NCBI GenBank assembly: GCA_040954595.2 | Contig: CM082586.2 | Coordinates: 3,268,349-3,332,348 of the forward strand | Source of the DNA: Balanoglossus misakiensis | Taxonomy: Eukaryota > Animalia > Hemichordata | Length of the DNA: 64,000 nucleotides | Direction: 5' to 3' | Part shown: positions 53,501 through 64,000 of the stretch, one piece after another | Numbering within the stretch: position 1 is the stretch's first letter | Layout of the letters: each line of letters begins with the position of its first letter | Translations under genes and position numbers: made by a program | The notes under the pieces: model-generated | Told to the model about the DNA's origin: nothing | The model's database searches: none | Seen by the model: only the letters and a program-made list of their open reading frames with translations

Positions 53501-56500
53501 GCCTGTGTACAGCCATCGCTGCTTATGCGCATGAGTGCAATCGGCATGGTGTACCTATCGACTGGAGGTCACAAGATCTCTGTCGTGAGTAGTTCCTACC
53601 AGGATATTAGAATGGCCTTCCACAATGGATGTTTAAAATGTTGGACAATTTGAATAGTATTTTTTCATATGAACTCCCAAAGGGCGAGTTCACGGCTTAA
53701 AAATACACATCTGTAGATGAAGCAACTTCATCATGTTTAAAATTAAAACTCATCATGAAAATTTCGCTTGCATATTTCATTTCAGCTATTAAGTGCGACG
53801 GGGTCTGCTGGGAGTTCAAACCCTGCATACCCGTATGTGAATATTCGTGCGAACACTTGGATAGACGAGACGATAACAACGAGTGTGAAGATACTTGTGT
53901 CGAGGGTTGCGCATGCCCAGACGACCAAAAGTGGGACGGGGAGAAGTGTGTGTCTGAGTGCCCGACAACAGTAGCGCCAACAGTACCAGAGACAACGGCT
54001 CGGACGACCACTGCAGAACCGATTGCCACCACTACAGCTGCTGCAGCGCCAGAGACAACACGTTCCACCACTGCAGCACCACCGACAACTAGCACTACCA
54101 CTGCAGCACCACCGACAACTAGCACTACCACTGCAGCACCACCGACAACTAGCACTACCACTGCAGCACCACCGACAACTAGCACTACCACTGCAGCACC
54201 ACCGACAACTAGCACTACCACTGCAGCACCACCGACAACTAGCACTACCACTGCAGCACCACCGACAACTAGCACTACCACTGCAGCACCACCGACAACT
54301 AGCACTACTACTGCAGCACCACCGACAACTAGCACTACTACTGCAGCACCGCCAACAACAACAAGCTCTACTGCAGCACCGCCGACGACGACAACATCTA
54401 CCACTGCAGAACCAATTGCCACCACTACAGCTGCTGCAGCGCCAGAGACAACAAGTTCCACCACTGCAGCACCGCCGACAACGACAAGCTCTACTGCAGC
54501 ACCATCGACAACAGAAACAATTTCCACCACTGCAGAGTCAATTTCGACCACAACATCCGCTGCCGCACCAGAAACGACAGCGACTGTCTCCTCTACCGCA
54601 GAACCTTTGGTGCCCACGACTGCAACAAGCACAACCACCGAGCCTCCGACAACGAGCGTTCGAGAGACAACCGCAGCTACGACATCAACACAGAGTCCAA
54701 CAGAAACGCCAGCCAGGACTTGTCCCGTGTGCCCGAGACTATCAGCAGAGTGTCCCGAGGGGCAGATACTGGAATGGGATGACAATGGCTGCTGTCCAAT
54801 TCCTATCTGCAACCCAAGTACAACTACATCTGCAGCTGCCACAACACAGGCACACCAACAAACTACACGTAAATATCATTTACATAATTCGCACCATCAC
54901 TGTATCAGGTGACCGAATATGAAAAATCAATTGCCAAGAATAAAAGATTATTTCCAGTAATTGGCTCCATTGGAAAAGATTGGCGCTTGAATAGTGGCAT
55001 TTCAAGGCTATCTAACCTATAAGCTCCATTCATTTGATAGCTGGTCTTTCTAATCATGTATGAATCATTCACAGAGAAACAGACGACAGAATCTCCGCCA
55101 GCCGAAACAACCCCACTGGAAGTCACTACAGCTAAAGCACCACAAGAGACAACCACACAGCCAGCACCACCAGAGACAACCACGGCCGCACAGCAAGAAA
55201 CCACCACACCAGTCGGTGAGTATACACACAAATGAAGAGGGAGAATTTTGGCTAGTGGTGACAAAACCGAAACTACATGTTTACCCCTGAGAAAGAAAGC
55301 AAGTGTAAGCAACAGCTACATCGGGTCTAAAGAATTCTCTTTCCTATTCCAGAATGCAACTGCCCCACGCCACCTCCATGTCCAGATGGGTACGCTTCAC
55401 GACCAGTCTATGAGAATAAGGATGAATGCTGCCCTATCTATGTCTGTGAGCCACGTAAGTATTTCTAACTCTTCATTTAGTGTATCACAATTTGTTTTCA
55501 AAACGTACCCATTTCCTTTTCACAAAGTCTACGAAATCGTGATAACAACTTTACACTTTTTCAACCAGAATGTCCCCCTTCGTGCTCTGTGCAACCGACT
55601 TGTCCACCTGGAAGCGTGCTGACTACAACGACAACAGAATGTTGTGACGAATATAAATGTATACCGGGTGAGTTGTCTTTATTTTGTCGAAGCATTGAAT
55701 ATCTTTGCACAGGTATATATGGTGTCCATCATGGCAAGAATGTGGCCGAACTGGCCATCCACTACATATTTTTGCAATAATTTTCAACAACACGTCATTG
55801 TCCTCAGAAAACAGAACATAATGTATTCTTTATTGTAACTGGTCTGTTTCATACGCTGAACCCGCTTTTGGTATTTACAGAAACGCTGACAACAGAAGCT
55901 GTGCCGGAGGCCACGACACAACCAGCACGGCCAGAGACAACCCCAGAAATCACAACACCACCTGGTGAGGAACTCGAGTTTCATCTGAGAACTGACACTT
56001 ATAATAACACTCTTTTCAATTTATCAAAACAATATTTAGACAACAGGTGTCTGTTAGTGACAGGCTGTTAATTTCACTGACCATTATCTTTCTTCTCCCA
56101 GAATGCAACTGTCCGACACCCATACCCTGTGCAGAAGGTTACCCACCACGTCCAGTCTATGAGAATGTAGATGACTGCTGTCCTCTTTATGTCTGCGATC
56201 CACGTGAGTGTCGTACTGTAACATGTCCTCTAAAACCCTCGAAAAATTCTGTTTCAACTCTCAAAAAATTGGCACCTTCGGCTTCTTAACTTCACGGTGA
56301 TTCCGTTTTCCCTTCACACAGTATGCCCACCAGCATGCCCTGTGCAACCAACGTGTCCGCCTGACAGCATGTTGGTTACAGCGATAGGAGGGTGCTGTGA
56401 CGAGTATATATGTGTACCAGGTAAGTTCCCTTCTTTTTCTATACACAGTATAATAGCATAATACCAGCAATATGCTGAGAAAACAACCAGACCACTTCAT

Positions 56501-58146
56501 AAACAAGCAAACCACTTTCACCAAAGTGTTTGTAGTAACATGTTATTTTACCAATGAGATTGTATTGGTCAGGTGTGACGAGAATACCAGCTTATTAATG
56601 ATTTGTGCAATCTCAAAATACCACCAGTTGCTGGAACACCAGTTATACTACCCAAAACACCACCAGTGGCAGCAACCACACCAGGAACCACTACGGCTGA
56701 AGTACCACCAGAAACCACCACAACAGAAGCATTGCCAGAAGCAACAACGCCTCACGCGACAACACTCCCATCGCAACCAGAGACAACCAAAGCAACAACA
56801 CTACCAGCAAAACCGGAGACAACCAAAGCAACAACACTACCAGCAAAACCAGAAACAAGCACTGCAACAACACTACCAGCAAAACCAGAAACAAGCACTG
56901 CAACAACACTTCCAGCAAAACCAGAAACAAGCACGGCAACAACACTCCCGGCAAAACCAGAAACAACTAAGGCAACGACATTACCATCACAACCAGAAAC
57001 AACCAAAGCAACAACACTACCAGCAAAACCAGAGACAACCACAACCAAACAAGAAACCACCACACCAACTGGTAAGTATGCATGCTGGACATTCCGTTAT
57101 ACTAAACATCAGATATCCATCCTTTGCAAGTTGAATGGTATCTCTCTTCACTCATTGTTGTCAATATAGTCATTATAAAACTCAAAAATGGCAATCTGTC
57201 CCCACAGAATGCAACTGTCCAACACCTCCAAGCTGTCCCGATGGTTATGCAACACAACCAGTCTACGAGAAGGATGTTGACTGTTGCCCAATCTATTACA
57301 TTTGTGAGCCACGTGAGTATCATTCTCTATCCATGTATTTCACATTGAATATTCTTGATTGTATTACTTGCCTACCAATCTATTGCTATGGTAATTAACC
57401 AAGCCTCGAGATCTCGCAATTAACTGACAAGTTTAGCTTTTGCTCAAGATTACAAAAGGACTTGTTTCATTGTACTTTTGAACAGAATGCCCGACGTCAT
57501 GCCCCGCGGAACCACCGACTTGTCCCCCTGGTAGTCAGTTGCGAACAACGAAAACCGAGTGTTGTGATGAATACGAATGTGTACCGGGTGAGTTATTACA
57601 GCTGTTATGTTGAATAAAATATATGTTGTGACGTCACTGAAATGAAACAAATTCCATTCACGCTTGGAGCATCTATCCATACTCTGATCTGTCCAAACTA
57701 TAAACAACTACGTATTTAAAGGACAAACCATGTTGAAATGACGTTTCTTATTGAATTTGACCCTAACAAGTACAAATTTGTCATTATTTGCAGAAACCAG
57801 CAAGTGCGTGGCCATACCAGTTGCGGATGGCCCCCAGCACATCACTATTGACGACTGCGTCAGCCAAGACACGGTTGAAATGACAGAGTGCGACGGCCGC
57901 TGTTCGTCTCGCTCCTACTGGTCTTACGCGGCAGGCGATACCGTGAGCGACTGCAAATGTTGCTCGGCAATGGCGACGGAGACCCGACTCGTGCCGATGA
58001 TCTGCGCCAACAGCACCACGTCACTGTACCAGTACACGCACATCACTGCGTGCGGGTGCGTGCAGTGTGGGGCCAACACTCTGCAAGCAAATGCGCACGT
58101 GCAGAAACAGATGGATAGCTTGTATCACCTCAACCAATTTCACTGA
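44580..58146 (+). CDS. Gel-forming mucin B: signal peptide, D1-D2-D'-D3, Thr/Ala/Pro PTS segments with 6-Cys modules, CTCK; 30 exons, ~2,110 aa
   Basis: Exon 1 44580-44662 (MIKFYRRFLFLTVLAALECSG), exon 2 46149-46213, exon 3 47217-47387. VWD1 47708-48256, VWD2 from 49707 (WGDPH), VWD3 from 52405 (FGDPH). GGDCECLC in 53299-53584. PTS exon 53786-54868. CTCK exon 57794-58146. Many exon lengths equal those of mucin A (232, 50, 145, 174, 165, 288, 50, 192, 194). AATAAA at 58385. Confidence 0.9.
47455..47537. repeat. (GACA)n-type microsatellite in mucin B intron 3
   Basis: Imperfect GACA/CA/GA tract. Confidence 0.8.
54068..54350 (+). repeat. 30-nt coding VNTR (TTAAPPTTST) x ~9 in mucin B
   Basis: Near-perfect repeats of CCACTGCAGCACCACCGACAACTAGCACTA. 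Confidence 0.92.
56755..57040 (+). repeat. 36-nt coding VNTR (ATTLPAKPETTK/ST) x ~8 in mucin B
   Basis: Repeats visible in the translation of exon 56628-57071. Confidence 0.88.
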
Positions 58147-60637
58147 TCAGTTTAGAGACTTTAGCACATGAAGAAGACCATAGACCCTAGAGAGAAGACG
58201 GAGCTTTGTAATGAAACCCCTCCTCTTACACGTGACTGACACCTGTTGCAAGATTACAGCCAGATATGACAAGTGGACACCAAGATTAAAAACCTCACAA
58301 GCGCCGTTTTTTTTCATTACTTAATTTTGTCCGATCCAGCTTTGTATATTGGTAATGTCCTTGATCAGATGCTGCCGTCCATGGAATAAACAATTAGTGT
58401 ATCATATACTGTAATCTGACTGTGATTTCTTAACGCCCATCTCAAGTCCAGCCAAAGCAAATACTAGTATTCGGGAACCTTTCCCTTCTAGCTCTATGGT
58501 CCAATGTTCTCGGCTGTCCCGGGGCCCTTGGTCATTGACCTTCCTGTGTGGTCAGTTCGTTGACTTACAACCTGATCAAACATTGGTGATAATTATCAAG
58601 GAATTAGCGACATTGACAATGCAAACGCCAGATTGCATAGCAATTGCATTGATACTGAATCTTATGGCCATTCCATGATCGACTGAAATTTCTTTTTCTG
58701 CTCGAGTAAATTTCGTCATTCAAGTCATTACAGAGCCTGCAAACGTTAACGACACGAAGTGGATTTTATCTGATGCTGTAATTTTGCTATACCGTGTTTG
58801 TTATACGGGGGTGTCATAGTTCGATTACGTCATCCGGCAAAGAATCTGCGTGGCGCCTGCACTGATATTTTCACCTGACGTGATCAGTGGACTTTGAAAA
58901 ATACATAATCAAAAGCCCCCTCTCCCTACGCCAGGTGATTGGCATTCACGTGTCTTTCAAACAGCCGTTAATTAAACGAACTAGGGTAGGGATTTCATTA
59001 ACAATAAACAGATCAAAGATACTTATTGTTGTATTGAAATATCTGATACAGCGCTGATGACTATTGTAATGGATTGTGGACTATCGTTACGTATAGCGAT
59101 TTCATCTCATCTTACAGATTACAGTTGTAATTGCAATTTCTGCATTTGTTATTCTATATCTTTGATTGTATTACCGTGGAGACTTGTCTGAAAATCTCCA
59201 GCTTGCTGCGGATCTAGGTACGACACTGCGTCCTTTGCAGAGAGGCGTTTTTTTGGCCTTTCGAGCGATTTATCCCCGTTTCAAAGACAACATGGACATG
59301 GGTTTAGTTTGAGTTTTAAATGAATGTTCTAGACTTTGGCGCCGTCGAAAGTTCATCGCTAGGCGTGCAAATGCTCAGTGCTCGTTTTTATAGACAATAC
59401 ATATTACGTCATACAAATTAGCTGTTAATGATTAAATAAGATTACCGGTCTAATAAAACTCGTCCCAGATAAGAGCAAGTCTAGGGACCCCGCCGAGAGA
59501 CGAAAGCAAGCAACGGCACCTTTATTAAGTCATGTCTTTCCCTGGGCTCGGGGTTTATCATATCTAAGAATAATTACAAATAATATATTCTGTTTGTTTA
59601 CACAAACATGTGGTACAAGATCCCAAGCAGTGATACTTTACCAACTTACGTAGGTAGCTCATGATAAATTTCAAAATTCATTTCATTGTAATTGTTCATG
59701 GTTAAAAATTCACAACTCGGGTATTTGCTGACTTGACGGCAAACTTCAAGTCTGGTGTAATTTACATAATTAGGCTTAATCAAGTTACACAACATATGCT
59801 GTTATCTCATACGATATTTCGCATCGTCTTCCCACGTGACCTGTACAGTTGAATGTTGCAATCGCTGAATATGGTTGTGGACAAAAACTAGAATTTTAGA
59901 CCGACTTCTTTTCTTAAAATGCATGACTGATGGGATTTTCGATTCGATTTCATTTAAACACAAACTAATTGCAACCGTACGATTATCACTTGTTAAAATT
60001 TAAATCTCTGTTTACCTAAATGTGTGAAACTTTTGGTTGACAACAGAAATCATGCACGTGATAATCCCTTGTTACTATGCGAATTGTGTATCTACGTATT
60101 TAGGCAGCTACACAGAGCACCGAGTTGATTATTGACTTCTCTTGCGTCAAAACCTCCGTGAAAAATGCCTTATTCGCTTCTCGTCTTGTTGATTTCATGC
60201 AATAAAACTGGATTGTATTCCAAACACTATTTGTGGCGTCACTGTGCATGGAAAGCCGAGTCAAATGCTTTAAATTGCCGAAAAGGCAAATTGGCAGTCT
60301 GACCACAAGTTCTCATCAGGAATGTCTAAAGGCTTTTGTTCTTTCATCGTGGCACCGATCATTGAACCTGCCGGGGTCACGTGACTTCTGGACTTAGCTC
60401 TTATCATATTCTCTTTGTTGGTTTTGCTTTGTTTAAACTTTGGAGGAAAATAAGCACTTTTCGACCAATCGCTGAGAGCTGATAAAAGTATTACGATTTT
60501 TTTAGAGGAGTCGCCATCACTTTGTCACCGAACCTCACACACTCCACAGGTCGGGTTGCAGAACGCTTGGTCCAGATAATTACACTGTAGCTTTTTTTAG
60601 ACTCTTTTCCTCTCACACGAGGAGAAAGAAACCTAAG

Positions 60638-63600
60638 ATGGCATCTTTCGGTGTAAATATGACCAAGTCGATCTTCGCGTGCCTTTTGCTGCTCGCATCG
60701 ACGATTTTGGAGCACTCCGTGCATGGACGAGGAATTCCAATTATCGGGTAAGTTCCACAATGGACTTCAATGATTCCAGAAAATCCTCTCAAAACGCAAT
60801 TCCGTTTTACTTTCATTACTTAAGATGTTGTGTTTTCGAAGTTATTTTTCTGCTTGTTACTCGAGTGAATTATCGCTGTTCTTAAAACGCGACGCGTGTA
60901 TTTTTTTAGAACTCTCGGAAAACTATCCAAACACAACGAAAGAAGCGACAGATTTGTATAGATTAGTCCAGTACAATTCACGAGTCAAGAGTCCTACATC
61001 TAGTCCTGATACACAAATTTTCAGATAAGCCTCGAAAATGTCAATTTAGAGGAATTTCGTCCGAAATGTGTCTGTCGGGAATTCCGACAGCACACTATCG
61101 ATTTGCACCACACTGCATGGGTTGCACGTCGCAAAGGCCATGGAGGTATCTACTGTTGTGAGAAAAAGGGGAGACTTTTTCGGCTCCGACTGGCGCCGAA
61201 CGTATCTCAAATACCCGTCGGCTTCGTTCGGAGGCACATTCGAGAGGTCTCGGGCAAGGTCAATGCTTCGAGCGGCGGCAGTTTACCGCAACCCTGGATG
61301 CAGTTGTGAAATGTTTGCTTAGTTAATCTGGGACAGCTGTATAATCATTAACCCTGTACGGGGATGCGAAATGACATGCACATTTCGTGACGACTATGAC
61401 AAATTTATAGGCCTACTTGGTTGCGAGATGACATTTCTTGTATTAGCCATAAGAACCACATGTACTGATTTGTGACTGACGAACTAACTACTGTAGGCAA
61501 ATACTGACCTCTATTTCTACTCGGAGCCATTTTGTGAGACATTTGACAAAAGTAAACATTTTCAAAAAGGGAGGTTTAATTCGTCGCGACCTAGAACAGA
61601 CAGCGATCCCTGTATATTCAGCGTCTGTGTCGTCAATTTGGAAAACTTTCAACGAATTCTCGTTTTTCCTCGTAGGCACGGCGGTGATATTGACGAGCTG
61701 TATAAATTACGTGAGGATGTTAAAATAACCTCACCGGATTGGAGACAAGGTAATTAAGAAAGTAATAGAGACAATAGGTTTGAGTAAAGCTCAATTATAT
61801 TTCATTATTATTTTTCTTTACGTCATCTGAAGTTTTCCCTTTAAATCTCAATTTATGGTGGACCAGTACAATTAGACCCTGAAGTGTGACAGACACATCG
61901 AGATCTACGTGAGTGTGCACTGCCCCACCCCAACGTTCACACAAACCCCAGGAATATTGATCTACCGTTTGTGTGCTGGTATATTATGTTAAGACACGTT
62001 TGCATTTTAAGCAGGTGTTATCAGACAACCGCCGGGAGTCAGAAGAGTGACCACACTGCCCACGCTTCAGACGGTGAAGCCGACGGCATCGTACAACACA
62101 CCCGAAACAGTCACAACAGGTAGTGTACTACGACATATACTCGAAATTCACCGTCACGGGTGTCCTCTATATGCCCGTTGATGAAACGGAAGATTGAGAA
62201 GAGTTTTGAGTGGACGGGAATGATATCGTAGACTGAAATATTCAGTCGTGTGCGGGCGCTCCGGCGCAAGGGTCGTAGGCAGTGCTATGCTTTAGGCCTA
62301 CTCTTGTCTACACTTTTCTCTCAAGTGTCTTTCTCGCGGCTTTTTAGGTCGGACCCTTTAAAGGAAACAAAAATGTTGACAAACACTTTTTCTCTTTCAG
62401 CTTCCCAAGGGTCTAAAACTGGGTACTGCGCTGTCTGGGGCCGGGACGAGTACCAGACCTTCGATGGTGCCCATTACATATACCAAGGATCGTGCACCTA
62501 CAAGCTGGTCTCAGACTGTTTCAGTTCACTGTTCGATGTCTACGTTCACAATGACGGCGACTGCGAGTATCAGAACTGTAAACGGTCAATCACAGTCGAC
62601 ACCACTGGCAACCCACAGAATGGAGTCTTCTTCACAGCTGGCGACGACGGACGTGTTTCTGTCTCCAAGGGCGACCAGAGCCTCGCGATTCCAACCTTCG
62701 TCGACGGTCTCTTGATCGAGAAAATTTCTCATTACATATTCATTCGTAGTCTGGGCTTTACCATCACCTGGGACTCAAAAGAGTATATCGGAGTTGAAGT
62801 CACCGATTCTCTTTTCGGTCTCACCTGTGGACTGTGTGGGCGCTATAACAACGACCCGAGTGATGATTTCACTGATGCCGGCGGTTTCATACAAGAAGAG
62901 GCGTTCACGTTTGCGGAAAGCTGGAAAATGCCACTTGTAGGAGAGGGTAAGTGTTCTTTGTTAATATGCCTGAGGTTACTAACCGATATAACACGAAATA
63001 TGTGCGTTTTTCCCTAATCTTGAAACATCCTTCTTTTTGGCCGAGAAACATACAGAATGTGAGAACACGAACTCTCACGACACTTAATCATGTCCTCGGG
63101 GGCGTGCAATAAAAAGACTTGGCATCCAAAAAAGGAACAGTAAACTAAGTCCAAGACAACTTAGTTACCCCCAACGACATAGTAATTACGTACTCATAAA
63201 CGTATCACTTTTTAGCTGGGTTGTTGGTCAAAAGTGAAGCGCCTGGTACATATACGCTGTCCAGTCATGTAATCTTCAAGACCAGGGAAACACTTTTATC
63301 AAACACACATAGAACTTTTGGTCCATGTCTTCATTTCACAGTGTGTGCACCAACGCCACCGCTGCAGCCCTCCTGCACATCAGTGTCGATACCGCCAGAG
63401 TTAGAGGAGGAGTTCGCAGATTTGTTGGAACATCAAGACTACGTGGTGCAAGCCTGCGATCGGTTGAACCTAGCTCCGTTTAAAAAGTGCCATTCTGTAA
63501 GTAGAATCACATCAACCTTTGCTGTGTAGATCCCGAGTAATCACCTGGCTTAAGTTATATGTCGACAGAAGCACCAGACTACGGATATTTCAGTTGGGCC

Positions 63601-63909
63601 TACATCTCGTACAACCATAAGGTTCTGGCCTTTCTTTGGGGGAGGAAGTGACATTAACTACGCGCAAACTCCAGTAAAGGCCCGTGACGCAAATTGGAAG
63701 TCATCCGATGTGACCATGATCTCCGACTTTTCTTCTCCTTTGACAGATTGTGGACCCACAACCTTACATCGAGGCCTGTGAACACGAGGCCTGCAATTGC
63801 AACAAGACGCAGACGGCATGTACTTGTGATACTTTCGAAGCATACGCTCGCGAATGCCAACGTCAAGGATTTAAGATGCCATCCAAGTGGAGGGCCAAGA
63901 GCGGATGTC
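60638..63909 (+). CDS. Gel-forming mucin C, 5' part (signal peptide, Thr-rich linker, VWD1, C8); continues beyond the window
   Basis: Exons 60638-60747 (MASFGVNMTKSIFACLLLLAST), 61676-61749, 62015-62119, 62401-62946 (VWD1, CGLCG, closely similar to mucin B 47708-48256), 63342-63496, 63747-63909 are in frame. CCAAT at 60465 and GATAAAA at 60481 upstream. Confidence 0.88.
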
Positions 63910-64000
63910 GTAAGTTGGCGGACACGTAGATTTTCTCTTACAGGCTTTTCCATGCCATTTTGAACATTACAACTACTGAACGTAAAGTTCTGAATGTTTG

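Noticed and set aside
53697-54842. 381-aa minus-strand hydrophobic repeat ORF
   Set aside because: Antisense of the mucin B TTAAPPTTST exon.
61067-61135. Hairpin CTGTCGG-GAATT-CCGACAG and a 13-nt match (TGCACGTCGCAAA) to SBP exon 8 in mucin C intron 1
   Set aside because: Too short to distinguish from chance; no extended similarity.

Overview
Intron-rich animal genomic DNA (AT-rich introns, canonical GT-AG). It is probably from a marine invertebrate; the taxon is an inference only. All gene models were spliced by hand from the sequence. From left to right: (1) the first coding exon of a 14-3-3 gene (- strand, the rest lies outside the window); (2) a complete 13-exon secreted laccase-type multicopper oxidase (+, ~752 aa); (3) a complete 9-exon, 383-aa secreted protein (-) that the ORF track shows only as fragments. 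Once spliced, it is a stand-alone bacterial-type periplasmic solute-binding protein (HisJ/LAO/ArtJ-like SBP_bac_3 fold) whose amino-acid-binding Arg and Asp appear to be replaced; (4) a head-to-tail cluster of three paralogous gel-forming mucin genes (+) with D1-D2-D'-D3/PTS/CTCK architecture. Mucin A is ~5,500 aa, mucin B is ~2,110 aa, and mucin C is cut off by the window end. Mucin A has N-terminal EGFs and builds its PTS region from ~10.5 tandem copies of a 3-exon cassette (PTS exon, 45-nt micro-exon, 6-Cys exon), introns included. All three mucins share an unrecognised exon-2 motif, ID[EQ]LYxL[KR]. The best candidate for something new is the intron-containing bacterial-type binding protein lying head-to-head with the mucin cluster and tail-to-tail with a secreted laccase, possibly a mucus-secretion, cross-linking and ligand-capture locus.
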